64,000 nt of DNA from NCBI GenBank assembly GCA_031362565.1, contig JANLSU010000003.1:1-64000 (forward strand), written 5' to 3'. The notes under the pieces were generated by a model, which saw nothing but the letters and a program-made list of their open reading frames with translations, had not been told where the DNA came from and did not search any database. Shown in pieces: positions 39,531 to 49,577 of this stretch. The stretch's first letter is position 1. Every line of letters begins with the position of its first letter. Both the position numbers and the translations under genes were made by a program. The stretch comes from a bacterium. Its GTDB lineage: Bacteria > Krumholzibacteriota > Krumholzibacteriia > G020349025.

Positions 39531-39711
39531 TCAGTTCAAGCCTCCTGTGACGGTGCTGCGGACGCTGTCGTTCATGGCCTCGCCGAGATGTGGGAACGGA
39601 ATCCCAGAGCTCCGGGCCCTGGCGGGAGTAGGGCTTGTGACGCGATAAGCGAAGCGCAGGCGTCGCAGAGCCCAAAGGGGGCCTTGGTTCAAGGCGATCT
39701 GTGGCCTGCTG

Positions 39712-39740
39712 TATTTAACCGCGCCGGGGCCACCTGTCAA
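39712..39740 (-). promoter_or_regulatory. sigma70-type promoter of the TPR lipoprotein gene
   Basis: TTGACA-17-TAAATA; implies a leader of about 175 nt. Confidence 0.55.
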
Positions 39741-39799
39741 GGCCGTCGCCCAAAGGGCCACAACAGAATCCAGGACCAGTGGGGGCCCACAGGGCGTTT

Positions 39800-41809
39800 T
39801 CATAACATGTGGGCCGGGTCGACGTCCACTTGGAATTCCAGACCCGCGGTGTCGTGGGCGATGCGCTCGAGCAATTCCAGGATGCTGTGCTTGGCTTCCG
39901 GCCCCAGCGTTCCCTTGAGGAGGAGCTGCTCGCGGTACCTGCCGCGCAGACGCGGAATCGGGCTCGGTGCCGGCCCGAGGACCTGCAACGGCTCCGCTCC
40001 GGCGGCACCCGGTTTTCGCAGCACACCCTCGATCCGTAGCATCGCGGCGCGCAGCGCCGGCCGGTCGGGCCCGAGGCCGGTCACTTGCGTCAGGCGGGCC
40101 AACGGCGGATAGCGAAGCGCGCGCCGCAGTTCCATTTCCTTGGCGAAAAACCCGCCGAAGTCCTGCGCCGCCGCGAAGGCAATGGCGTAGTGCTCGGGGC
40201 AAAGCGTCTGCACATAGACATCGCCCGGCAGCGTGCCGCGTCCGGCGCGTCCGGCCACTTGCGCCAACAACTGGAAGGTGCGTTCCGCGGCGCGGAAATC
40301 GGGCAACGAAATACCGCCGTCGGCGTTCACGACTCCGACCAGCGTGACGCCGTGAAAATCGTGCCCCTTGGCCACCATCTGCGTCCCCAACAGGATGTCG
40401 ACATCACCACGTCCAAAGTCTTCCAGAATGCGGCGGTGCGAATCCTTGTGCGACGTCGTGTCGAAGTCCATGCGCGCCAGGCGCGCCTGCGGCAAGAGAC
40501 CGCCGAGCGCCTGTTCGAGCTGCTGGGTTCCAAAACCACGAAACACCTGGCACGGATTGCTGCACGCGGGGCATTCCTTGGGCACCGGCCGCGAGTGATC
40601 GCAATAGTGGCAGCGCAGGCGCCGGTCGGTGGCATGATAGGTCAGCGAAATATCGCAGTACGGACACTGCACGATCTCGCCGCAGGCAAAACACTGCACA
40701 TAGTTCGAGTGGCCGCGGCGATTCAGCAATAGAATGGCCTGCTCACGCCGCTCGAGCCGCGCCGCGAGTGCGTCGAGCAGCGGGCGCGACACGATGGCGC
40801 CCTTTTCCTCTTCGACTCGCATGTCGACCAGATGTACCTGCGGGAGCGGCCGCGAGTCGACGCGTCCTGGAATGGTCAGCAGCGTGTGCTTGCCGCGCTC
40901 GGCATTGTGGTAGCTCTCGAGACTGGGAGTCGCCGAGCCCAGGACGACCGCAGCACCTTCCAGAGTGGCCCGCACGAGCGCCACCGAACGGGCGTGATAG
41001 CGCGGCTTCTCGCCTTGCTTGTAGGACGACTCGTGCTCCTCGTCGACGACGATGAGGCCGAGATTCCGGAACGGCGCGAAGATCGCGGAGCGCGCCCCGA
41101 GCACGACCTGAATGTCGCCGCGCGCCGCCGCCACCAAGATATCGTGGCGTTCGGCCGGCGTCATGGCGCTGTGCAGAATGCCGACCGGCGCTCCCAGGCG
41201 AGCGCGAAACCGGTCGGCGGCTTGCGGGGTCAGGGCGATTTCCGGAATGAGCACGATGGACGCGCGCCCGCGCGCCAGGGCGTGCCGGATCGCATGCAGA
41301 TACACTTCCGTCTTGCCGCTACCGGTGACGCCGTGCAAGAGAAAGGCTTCGTAGCCGCCCGACTCCATCCGCGCCGCAATGCGGTCGAGCGCCGTCTGCT
41401 GCCAGTCGTTGAGTTGGGTGGGCGGCGCGGCTTCGACGAGGGTGCCTTGGATTTCGGTCTTTTTCTTGTGGCCGCGCGGCGCGGCGCGCTTGCGATCGAG
41501 ACCGCCCGGCAGCACGGCGCGCAGCGCCTCGCCCAGCGAACAGGCGTAGTACGACGCGATCCAACGCGCCAACTCCACCAACGGCTCGGTCAACAGCGGC
41601 GGGTCGTCGAGCAACCGCTCGATGGGCTTGATCTTGTCGACTTTCGCCGCCGCCGGAAAACCGACGACATAGCCGACGACATTGCGCCGCCCGAAGGGCA
41701 CTTGCACGCGCGCGCCCGGTGCGACCGTCTTCACGAGTGCTTCGGGAATGCTGTACGTATAAAGGTCGCGCAGCGGCAACGGTACCGCAACGTCCACGAG
41801 TCGTTCCAT
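39800..41809 (-). CDS. priA: Primosomal protein N'
   Basis: GVTGSGKTEVY, PEIALTPQ, DEEHE, SATPS, four CxxC Zn-binding pairs, GTQMVAKG.DF. Confidence 0.97.
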   Translation of the reverse strand: MERLVDVAVPLPLRDLYTYSIPEALVKTVAPGARVQVPFGRRNVVGYVVGFPAAAKVDKIKPIERLLDDPPLLTEPLVELARWIASYYACSLGEALRAVLPGGLDRKRAAPRGHKKKTEIQGTLVEAAPPTQLNDWQQTALDRIAARMESGGYEAFLLHGVTGSGKTEVYLHAIRHALARGRASIVLIPEIALTPQAADRFRARLGAPVGILHSAMTPAERHDILVAAARGDIQVVLGARSAIFAPFRNLGLIVVDEEHESSYKQGEKPRYHARSVALVRATLEGAAVVLGSATPSLESYHNAERGKHTLLTIPGRVDSRPLPQVHLVDMRVEEEKGAIVSRPLLDALAARLERREQAILLLNRRGHSNYVQCFACGEIVQCPYCDISLTYHATDRRLRCHYCDHSRPVPKECPACSNPCQVFRGFGTQQLEQALGGLLPQARLARMDFDTTSHKDSHRRILEDFGRGDVDILLGTQMVAKGHDFHGVTLVGVVNADGGISLPDFRAAERTFQLLAQVAGRAGRGTLPGDVYVQTLCPEHYAIAFAAAQDFGGFFAKEMELRRALRYPPLARLTQVTGLGPDRPALRAAMLRIEGVLRKPGAAGAEPLQVLGPAPSPIPRLRGRYREQLLLKGTLGPEAKHSILELLERIAHDTAGLEFQVDVDPAHML

Positions 41810-41849
41810 TTGGGGCCTTCGGGGGCAACGGGGATCGGAAGACGCCCCG

Positions 41850-41878
41850 ATTCAATCAGGCGCGCGGCGCACTGTCAA
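41850..41878 (-). promoter_or_regulatory. sigma70-type promoter of priA
   Basis: TTGACA-17-TTGAAT with TGn extension. Confidence 0.5.
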
Positions 41879-41898
41879 GGCAGGCGCGCGGCAACGTG

Positions 41899-42279
41899 TC
41901 AGTGTTTCGCGGTGGCGAGAATCGACTGCACGCGTTCGATGAGTTTGCTCGGGCTGAACGGCTTCGTGATGTAGTCGCTGGCGCCGACTTCCTTGCCGAG
42001 CTTCTGGTCGACTTCACGGCCCTTGGCGGTGAGCAGGATGACCGGAATCAGTTTCGTCTTGGGGTCGGCCTTGATGAGCCGGCAGGTTTCGTAACCATCG
42101 AGCTTCGGCATCATGATGTCGAGCACGACGAGGTCGGGCTTTTCGTCGCGAACCTTCTGCAACGCTTGCTCACCGTTGGTCGCAGTAATGACGTCGTAGT
42201 TTTCCGCACCCAGGATGAAATCGAGGATGTGGAGAATGTACACCTCATCGTCGACTACAAGCACTTTGCCGTTGTACAT
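41899..42279 (-). CDS. Single-domain response regulator
   Basis: VVDDE, LDIMMP, LTA, ITKPF. Confidence 0.93.
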   Translation of the reverse strand: MYNGKVLVVDDEVYILHILDFILGAENYDVITATNGEQALQKVRDEKPDLVVLDIMMPKLDGYETCRLIKADPKTKLIPVILLTAKGREVDQKLGKEVGASDYITKPFSPSKLIERVQSILATAKH

Positions 42280-42430
42280 CCGTGTTGCCCCCCGACTCGC
42301 GCTTGTGTCGCCCCGTGCGTGTTGGCCTTTTGGCTCTCTGGTGCCGCGTCCGTCGGTCGCGACAGGCGGGCAATCAGCAAGTCCGGGGCCACCCACGCTC
42401 CGCGCGCATCCTGACGCTGTCCACGCGCGC

Positions 42431-42805
42431 TCAGACGGCCGGGGCCAGCAGCTGATTCACCGTATTGAGCAGGTACTCGACTCCAAACGGCTTGGGCATG
42501 TACGCATCACACAGCGTTTCGAGTTCGCGGGCTTCGCGTTCCGTCAGTTTTTTGGCCGATAGCGCCAGGATCGCCACGCCCTCCATGAGTTCGTTCTGGC
42601 GAGTGATCCGCATGGTCTCCAGCCCATTCAGATTCGGCATCATGATGTCCATGACGATGAGGTCCGGGCGATTCACACCCAGATAGCTCAGTGCCTTCAT
42701 TCCGTCGTTCACCCAATCGACCTGGAAGCCCTCGTTGCGAAGGGCGTAGGTCAGAATGGTTGCCAGTGGCTCGTCGTCATCTACGAGCAAGACTCGTCGC
42801 TGCAT
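42431..42805 (-). CDS. Single-domain response regulator
   Basis: LVDDD, MDIMMP, LSA, MPKPF. Confidence 0.9.
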   Translation of the reverse strand: MQRRVLLVDDDEPLATILTYALRNEGFQVDWVNDGMKALSYLGVNRPDLIVMDIMMPNLNGLETMRITRQNELMEGVAILALSAKKLTEREARELETLCDAYMPKPFGVEYLLNTVNQLLAPAV

Positions 42806-42863
42806 GCACTCTCCCCCTCGGACGCCTCCGCCCGTGCGGCTTGCAAGGCGTCGGCGTGTTTGG

Positions 42864-43709
42864 TCAATACGGCTGCAGTCCGAAGCGGAACGTCGTACCA
42901 CGATCGCGCGTACTCTCGACTTCGATCCGGCCACCGTGTTGTTCCACGATGGTCTTCACGATCGCCAGACCCAGGCCGGTGCCGCGTTCACGCGCCACCC
43001 GTTCGTCGGCGCTGCGAAACCATGGCTCGAACACCTGTTCCAGATCCTGGGGCGCGATCCCATATCCCTCGTCGCTGACTTCGACGCGGACGCCGTCGCG
43101 TGTCGGCATGGCGCGCACCCGGACCCGGGTGCCGGGCGGCGAAAATTTGACGGCGTTCTGCACCAAATTCAGGAACACCTGCTTCAGGAGATCCGGATCG
43201 GCCGCGACCACCGGCACCGCGGCGTCGATTTGCAGTTCGAAGTCCGTGCGCCGCGCCGTGAGTGCCGGCTGCAGGGCGGCGCGTACTTCGCCAACCAGAT
43301 CTTCCAGGCGTACGGGTTCCAGCCGCAGCCCGGTGTCGCGGCGCGCGAGTCGCGAGATCTCGAGCGTCCGCTCGACGACGCGCGCCAAGCGGCTGATCTC
43401 ACGATCGAGCACCCCGAGGAACTCCGCACCTTCCGCGAACGACGGATCGCCATAGTTTTCGAGCAAGGTTTCGACATACGCCTTCATGCCGGCGAGCGGC
43501 GACGACAACTCGTGCGCCATGATGCAGAAGGATTGCTCTTTCAGACGCGCGGCGCGTTGCATGGAGTCGATCTCCGCCCGCAGTTCGCGCACTTCGAGCT
43601 CGAGGGCGACGCTTTCCGGAGCCGCCACCGCATTGGGGGCGGGCGGCGCCGTGACGCCGTTCCGGGCCGCGGGCGTCGCCGCGGTGCGGCGTGATCTCGA
43701 TCCGCTCAT
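42864..43709 (-). CDS. Cytoplasmic histidine kinase without a sensor domain
   Basis: AHELSSPL H-box, NLVQNAVKF, DEGYGI, GTGLGL; alternative start TTG 43745. Confidence 0.9.
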   Translation of the reverse strand: MSGSRSRRTAATPAARNGVTAPPAPNAVAAPESVALELEVRELRAEIDSMQRAARLKEQSFCIMAHELSSPLAGMKAYVETLLENYGDPSFAEGAEFLGVLDREISRLARVVERTLEISRLARRDTGLRLEPVRLEDLVGEVRAALQPALTARRTDFELQIDAAVPVVAADPDLLKQVFLNLVQNAVKFSPPGTRVRVRAMPTRDGVRVEVSDEGYGIAPQDLEQVFEPWFRSADERVARERGTGLGLAIVKTIVEQHGGRIEVESTRDRGTTFRFGLQPY

Positions 43710-43741
43710 GCCCTGCTCCTCGGCCGCCGCGCCAACGCCCT

Positions 43742-44680
43742 TCAACGGCGCCGCTCGGTGACCACGATGCTCCCCGGCCGGCTCTTGCCATAGCGGCGCA
43801 ATTCCGCCGCGACATCCGCCAGACGCCGCACGTGCAGTTCGCGCCCCCGCACGTTGTCCACGACCGCGATGGTGACCGCCAAGAGCGGCACCATTTCGCG
43901 CCGCCCGCCGCGATTCACCATCTCGAAGTAGCCGCGTTCCAGATCGTGTGGAACGAAGAAGCCGCGCGATTCCGCGTCGAACTGCTGCGTGATGCGCTCA
44001 CCGATGTGCTGCGCGACGTCGGACGTCGTTAGAACGACGAAATCGTCACCGCCCAAATGGCCCACGAAACGCACCTTGGCCGACTCTTCGTCGAGTGCGT
44101 CGGTGAGCAAGCGCGCCAGCATGCTCAGGACTTCATCGCCCTTTTCGTAGCCGAAGTTCTCGTTGAAACGCTTGAAGTGATCGATGTCGATCGACAAGAA
44201 CGCGAAGTCGTCGTCGCTGTTCATGAGACGGGTAATCTCGGCCTCGATTTCGGCCGAGCCCGGCAGGCCGGTGAAACTGCGCTGGCCGTGATGCCGGTGC
44301 GCCAATTCCAATACGTTCTGGATCCGCAGCAGCAATTCTTCCCAGGAGTACGGCTTCACCAGGAAGTCGTGTGCGCCGGCGACGAGCGACTGGAGTTTCG
44401 TGGCCGCATCGCCGCGCGCCGTAATGACGATGATCGGCAGATGCGTCGTCTGGGGATTGCCGCGCAAAGCCCGCGCCACGGCGAAGCCGTCCATGCCCGG
44501 CATCATGAGGTCGAGCAGCACGACGTCCGGTTTCCAGGTCAGGGCGGTCGGCAACGCTTCCTCGCCACGCCCCAGCCCACGCGCTTCGTGACCTTCGCCA
44601 CGCAGTTGGAAAACGAGAATATTTCGCAAATTCTCCTCGTCATCGACGACGAGAATGCGAGCTCGATCCGGCTTGGTCAC
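43742..44680 (-). CDS. REC-GGDEF diguanylate cyclase (GGDDF)
   Basis: AGGAGG SD before GTG; VVDDE, LDLMMP; TGLPG, DIDHFK.FN..FG...GD, HLGGDDF. Confidence 0.9.
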   Translation of the reverse strand: MTKPDRARILVVDDEENLRNILVFQLRGEGHEARGLGRGEEALPTALTWKPDVVLLDLMMPGMDGFAVARALRGNPQTTHLPIIVITARGDAATKLQSLVAGAHDFLVKPYSWEELLLRIQNVLELAHRHHGQRSFTGLPGSAEIEAEITRLMNSDDDFAFLSIDIDHFKRFNENFGYEKGDEVLSMLARLLTDALDEESAKVRFVGHLGGDDFVVLTTSDVAQHIGERITQQFDAESRGFFVPHDLERGYFEMVNRGGRREMVPLLAVTIAVVDNVRGRELHVRRLADVAAELRRYGKSRPGSIVVTERRR

Positions 44681-44810
44681 GACGGCGCGCCTCCTTGCGA
44701 TCCGATGCGGAACGATTCCACCGCGCGAGAGAACCGTGGAACACGGCCTGTCGCGGCACCGGCAATCCATGTGCCACGCGCTTCCGCACTACGCGCGCGT
44801 CACGCCCGTA

Positions 44811-46055
44811 TCATTGCGCGGGCGACGACTGTGGCTCCACGGCCAGGCTCCGCGCCAAATCCTGCGAGCGCGGCACCAGGTCGCGCGCCGGTGAGATCGG
44901 GCGCGACGGCGCCGTCGGCTGTGCCGCGGCCGCGGTCTGCAAGAGCATCTGCGCGTACGCTTCCCAGTGTTGACGCAAGCGGTCATGAATGACGCGCGCC
45001 GCCTCGGGGTGTCCCATATCGGTCTGCAACTCCGCGACGCGGAGCGCATATTCGGGGCTCCCCGGATCGAGCCGCGCGGCGACCGATTCCAACGTCAGGG
45101 GAATAACACGGTAACCGGTGAAGCGCATGGAGCCCGCGAACTGGTCGAGGTCGCGCGCCATCTGCCCCGGGTGGAATGCGACGACGAAGGTGACAAGCGC
45201 CGCGACGAACGCCACGGTGACCGCGTCGCCGCGCACGAGCGTGGTGCGGGCCCGGTTGCGGCGGAAGGAACCACGTTTCGCCTCGGCGAGACGCGCGCCA
45301 TCCAGCGCGGTGCCGATCCACAGGAGCGATCCGCCGGCGACAACCGCTGCCGCGATCATGAACAGTGACTCAACGAACGCCTTCGGCATGGCGTCGGCGC
45401 CGGTCTTGACGTTCCAATTCCACAGCAAGCTCGCATTCGCCAATACGAGCGCCGCGAACGTCACGCTGGCGGCGTTCCAAAGCGCCAAGCTGGCGCGCAG
45501 GGCGCGCCCGGCGAGCGCCAGGCCCGAGCCCGGCAGCAACACACCGGCCACACCCGCCGCCCACGGATGCCGCAGCCAGCGCGGCAGCGTCTGCGGCTGA
45601 AAGCGTTCGTCGCGCACGACGTGTTTCACGGCGCGGCTCCAGGCGATCGCGCCCACGACGTAGACGATTCCAAGCGCCAGCAGGAACGGCAGGATCGGCA
45701 GGCGGCCGCTCTGCATCGCGGCCCGCACCGTCGACCAATACCAAACGAGCGTCGCCCAACCGGCGAGCGACAATGTCGACAGCGCCGCCCATGCGAACTT
45801 CCGCGGTCCGACGCGCAGTGCCAGCGGTGCGATACCACCCAGCGTGTACACGGCGACGAGGGTCCGCATTGCCTTGAAGGGACGGCGGCCCGCCGGTGAA
45901 GGTGTCGCCGGTTGCCGGACCCACGCCTCCGGCACGTCGTCGAGATTCGGAATGCGCGGCGCCTGATGTGACGCACCCGGTGCGTGCACTCGCGACGTCG
46001 TCCCGATGTCCTCGCGCATGTTCGGCACGTCGAGGAGATACACCTTGTCCGCCAT
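44811..46055 (-). CDS. Multi-pass membrane hypothetical protein
   Basis: AAGGAG SD; about 6-7 hydrophobic segments; TPR-like C-terminal helices. Confidence 0.75.
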   Translation of the reverse strand: MADKVYLLDVPNMREDIGTTSRVHAPGASHQAPRIPNLDDVPEAWVRQPATPSPAGRRPFKAMRTLVAVYTLGGIAPLALRVGPRKFAWAALSTLSLAGWATLVWYWSTVRAAMQSGRLPILPFLLALGIVYVVGAIAWSRAVKHVVRDERFQPQTLPRWLRHPWAAGVAGVLLPGSGLALAGRALRASLALWNAASVTFAALVLANASLLWNWNVKTGADAMPKAFVESLFMIAAAVVAGGSLLWIGTALDGARLAEAKRGSFRRNRARTTLVRGDAVTVAFVAALVTFVVAFHPGQMARDLDQFAGSMRFTGYRVIPLTLESVAARLDPGSPEYALRVAELQTDMGHPEAARVIHDRLRQHWEAYAQMLLQTAAAAQPTAPSRPISPARDLVPRSQDLARSLAVEPQSSPAQ

Positions 46056-46376
46056 GTTGGCTCCTTCCGAGCTTGCCGCCTTCATCCAAGGCAGCGCGAT
46101 TTCGATGGCGTCTGGGCGTCAGGACCCACGCACATCGAAAGTCGGGCGAGGAACCGGCAATCCACATGCCGCGTACGTCTGGACCACGTTGCGATACCAC
46201 AAGGGCCAGTGAGGTAGCGGTCCAGTCGCAATTTGCGTGCGCCGGACCAAGGGCTTGCGGCGCTTGGCAACGCCCGCCGCCACGGGCTCGGCGCGCGCCA
46301 TTATGATGTAGTGTCCAGGCAGTGCCCCGTGGCGCGAGTCGCCTTGGCGCTACTCCATTTTGACGGCGAGGTGCAG

Positions 46377-46853
46377 ATGAAACGGATCGCGGCAATCGCA
46401 GCGCTCGCAATGCTCGCGAGCGCAACCAACATCGCCCGGGCCCAGAGCCAGGGATTCGGACTCGGAGTGATCATCGGCGAACCGACTGGACTCTCGGCCA
46501 AGCTGTGGCAGACACGGTCCACGGCGCTCGACTTTGGTGCCGCGTGGTCCTTCGTCGACGATGCGGCGTTCCACCTTCACATGGATCTCTTGGTGCACCG
46601 CTTCGACGTCATTCACGTCGATCGCGGCAAGCTGCCGTTGTACTACGGGTTGGGTGGCCGGGTGAAATTCTCCGACCACAACAACGGCAATCAGGATGCG
46701 CATTTCGGCATTCGGTTTCCGGTCGGCCTGGACTATTTGTTCGCGCGCGAGCCGCTCGACATTTTCTTCGAGTTCGTACCGATCCTCGACGTGGCGCCAA
46801 AGACCGACGTGTCGCTCAATGCGTCGCTGGGGTTCCGGTACTGGTTCCGGTAG
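46377..46853 (+). CDS. Small outer-membrane beta-barrel (DUF3996-like)
   Basis: Signal peptide; FGLGVIIGEPTGLSAK, GIRFPVG, ends GFRYWFR. Confidence 0.85.
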   Translation: MKRIAAIAALAMLASATNIARAQSQGFGLGVIIGEPTGLSAKLWQTRSTALDFGAAWSFVDDAAFHLHMDLLVHRFDVIHVDRGKLPLYYGLGGRVKFSDHNNGNQDAHFGIRFPVGLDYLFAREPLDIFFEFVPILDVAPKTDVSLNASLGFRYWFR

Positions 46854-46881
46854 GCGTACGGCGACGGTACGGCGCGAAAAA

Positions 46882-47790
46882 CTATTCGCGTTCGAAGTGG
46901 ATGTTGACGGAACCGTCGGGAGAGTCGGCACGGAACCCCCGATGGCGCTCCAGGAGTTCGATCATGCCGGGCGGCGCGGGGTAACGCCGTTCGCCGTGCA
47001 CGAGCCGCGGCGCGCCGATCATGTCGCTGCCGCCGCAAAGGAAAACGCGGCAGTGGGCCGGATCGAGCCGGAACCCGGCGCGTTCTTCCAGCACCCCGCT
47101 CGTGAACAGATCCTGAATGCGCCCGCCCGGTTCGCCGGGTTCACGGGTCGTGACCGGCACGTACCGGTAGTTCTCGAACAGTTGCGCCAGGTGCTCATGA
47201 ACGGCACGATACGCTTGATCGATGCGCCGCCGGGTCGTGACCACCGATGCGATGCGACCGCGGTGGCCACGGCGCAGCAGTTCCAGGATCATCCGATTGT
47301 GTGGCGCCTCACCCGTGCCGCTCGCAACAAACAGTACGGAATCGTCAGGCCGCACCGCTGCGAGAGTGTTGCGGCCGTGTGGCATGTCGTCGACCCAGAG
47401 CCGGGCGCCGGGCGCGAGGCCGGCCAGCCGCGCCGGCAATGCGCTGCCACGCGGCGTGTCGCGCCAGAGCGCGACGTACAACTCGTAGTCGGTTTCGTCG
47501 TTCGCCGCCAGCAAACGTGAACCATCCGCCGCCAGGATCGCCGAGCTGATGGAAAACGGCCGGCGCAGGAGGATGTGCGGGGCCTCCGTCTCGGTCTCTT
47601 CCGGTCGAAAGCCCGGCGCCCGCGGTTCCCAGCGTCCAACGCCGATCGCGATCCATTGGCCGGCTTCGTACGGCGGCAGAGGTGCGTCCGGACGCACGTG
47701 CAAGATGGCGAGTTCGGCATGCACCGCGCGCACCGCGACGAGCGTCGCGTTGTAGTGCTCGCGCTCGAGCGCCGCGACGTCAGCGGTCAC
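46882..47790 (-). CDS. Ferredoxin--NADP+ reductase (plant-type FNR fold)
   Basis: GGAGG SD before GTG; YNAT, GQW, RRPFSISS, ASGTGEAPH, FLCG; ends HFERE. Confidence 0.82.
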   Translation of the reverse strand: MTADVAALEREHYNATLVAVRAVHAELAILHVRPDAPLPPYEAGQWIAIGVGRWEPRAPGFRPEETETEAPHILLRRPFSISSAILAADGSRLLAANDETDYELYVALWRDTPRGSALPARLAGLAPGARLWVDDMPHGRNTLAAVRPDDSVLFVASGTGEAPHNRMILELLRRGHRGRIASVVTTRRRIDQAYRAVHEHLAQLFENYRYVPVTTREPGEPGGRIQDLFTSGVLEERAGFRLDPAHCRVFLCGGSDMIGAPRLVHGERRYPAPPGMIELLERHRGFRADSPDGSVNIHFERE

Positions 47791-47821
47791 ATTCCGCCTC
47801 CGTGGCCTTGGCGCGGCCGCA

Positions 47822-49576
47822 TCAATACCCCATCGCGCAGCCGTCTTTGCGCGATTCCGTCGCACCCAAGAGCACATGGCGCTCGGCGTCGAGCCAGATG
47901 CCTTGATAGCCGCCGAAGGTACCGAAGGACTCCGCGATGCGATGGCCCTTGAGAATGAGCGTCCGCACGACATCCTGGGGCACGCCGCTTTCGAGGTGCA
48001 GCACGCCGCCATCCTGCATGACTTCGCCGGTCGGCTCGCTCGAACCCTCGTGATGGAAGCGCGGCGCATCGCCGGCCTCCTGCACGTTCATGCCGAAGTC
48101 GACGATGTTGCACAAGACCTGCACGTGGCCTTGCGGCTGGACGTCGCCACCCATCACGCCATAGCTGAAGAGCGGTTTGCCGTCCCGCGTCACGAACGCC
48201 GGGATGATGGTGTGGAACGGCCGTTTCCCCGGCGCATAGGCGTTCGGATGCGCGGCATCGAGGTTGAACAGCGTGCCGCGGTCTTGCAGACAGAACCCGG
48301 CGCCTTCGGGCACGACACCGGATCCGAATCCCATGTAGTTGCTCTGAATGAGCGACACACAGTTGCGGTCGGCGTCGACCACGGTGAGATACGTCGTATC
48401 GCCGGCCCGCAAGTCGATGTCGCCGGCCGGAATCTTCCGTGCGGCGCGGTCCGGGTCGAAGAGTTTGCCGCGTTCACGGCCATAGTCCTTCGACAAGAGC
48501 CGTTCGAGCGGTGCCTGGGCGAAAGCCGGATCGACGTAGTACCGCGCCCGGTCTTCGTAGACGATCTTCTTCGCTTCGACCATCAAATGCAGGGTGGCGG
48601 CCGTGTTGTGCCCCATTGTCTTCAAGTCGTAGGGCTCGAGCAGGTTCAGCATCTGCAATGCAGCGATGCCTTGGGTGTTGGGCGGCAGTTCCCAGACATC
48701 GTAGCCGCGATAATTCGTCGACACGGGATCGATCCAGGTCGCGGTGTGGGCCGCCAAGTCTTCCACGGTGATCGCACCGCCGTATTTTTGGACGGCGGCA
48801 GCAATCCGCCCGGCCATTGCGCCCTTGTAGAAGGTATCGCGTCCACCGCGGGAGATGGCCTCGTAGGTGGCGGCAAGATCCGGGTTCTTGAAGATATCGC
48901 CGGTCGCGGGTGTCTTGCCGCCGGGGGCATAAGTGCGCTGCCATTCCGGATATTCCGCGTAACGGCGCACGCCGCGCTGCCAATAGAAGGCGATCACCGG
49001 CGGCACGGGATGGCCGTCGCGCGCATAGCGAATCGCCGGGGCAAGCACCTTGGACATCGGCAGCTTGCCGAAGCGATCGTGCAGCGCGAACCAACCGCTC
49101 ACGGCGCCCGGAACGGTGACCGGCACGCCGCCCAGTTCCGGCATCTTCTGCAAGCCGCGTTTGTGCAGCTCGTCGAGCGTCAGAAGGCGTCCGGCGCGGC
49201 CGCTGGCGTTCAAGCCGTAGAGTTTTTGTGTCTTGGCGTCCCAGACGATCGCGAATAGATCGCCGCCCACCCCGCACGACACCGGCTCCATGAGGCCCAG
49301 CGCGGCATTCACCGCGATGGCGGCATCGATGGCGTTGCCGCCGGCCTTGAGAATGTCGATTCCGATCTGCGTCGCGAGCGGGTGGGCGCTAGCCACCATG
49401 CCGTGCTCGGCGATCACCGGCGAGCGCATCGCAAAGGGGCGGTCGGTCAGGCGATCGGCGGCATGCGCCGCGGGCGCCAAAGCGAGTCCGGCGAGAACCA
49501 GCGTCGTGGTGCGGTACAGAATGTCCGTCCAACGGCGAACCGCACTGCCGCCGGTCTCGTCTGCGTGGTTCGGCAT
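47822..49576 (-). CDS. ggt: Gamma-glutamyltransferase
   Basis: GGNAIDAAIA, GVGGDLF, VTVPGAV, ELPPNTQG, GDTT (nucleophile), GKRPFHTIIP, MGGDVQPQG. Confidence 0.93.
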   Translation of the reverse strand: MPNHADETGGSAVRRWTDILYRTTTLVLAGLALAPAAHAADRLTDRPFAMRSPVIAEHGMVASAHPLATQIGIDILKAGGNAIDAAIAVNAALGLMEPVSCGVGGDLFAIVWDAKTQKLYGLNASGRAGRLLTLDELHKRGLQKMPELGGVPVTVPGAVSGWFALHDRFGKLPMSKVLAPAIRYARDGHPVPPVIAFYWQRGVRRYAEYPEWQRTYAPGGKTPATGDIFKNPDLAATYEAISRGGRDTFYKGAMAGRIAAAVQKYGGAITVEDLAAHTATWIDPVSTNYRGYDVWELPPNTQGIAALQMLNLLEPYDLKTMGHNTAATLHLMVEAKKIVYEDRARYYVDPAFAQAPLERLLSKDYGRERGKLFDPDRAARKIPAGDIDLRAGDTTYLTVVDADRNCVSLIQSNYMGFGSGVVPEGAGFCLQDRGTLFNLDAAHPNAYAPGKRPFHTIIPAFVTRDGKPLFSYGVMGGDVQPQGHVQVLCNIVDFGMNVQEAGDAPRFHHEGSSEPTGEVMQDGGVLHLESGVPQDVVRTLILKGHRIAESFGTFGGYQGIWLDAERHVLLGATESRKDGCAMGY

Positions 49577-49577
49577 G

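Noticed and set aside
39680..39700. CCTTGAACCAAGG resembling part of E. coli 6S RNA
   Set aside because: A short match at the 5' end of an mRNA leader; it forms only a local hairpin, with no 6S-like rod
46226..46243. sigma54-like GCGCACGCAAATTGC upstream of the signalling cluster
   Set aside because: The invariant -24 GG is CG
46290..46320. dif-like site
   Set aside because: No XerD arm (TTATGTTAAAT-like) at the right spacing
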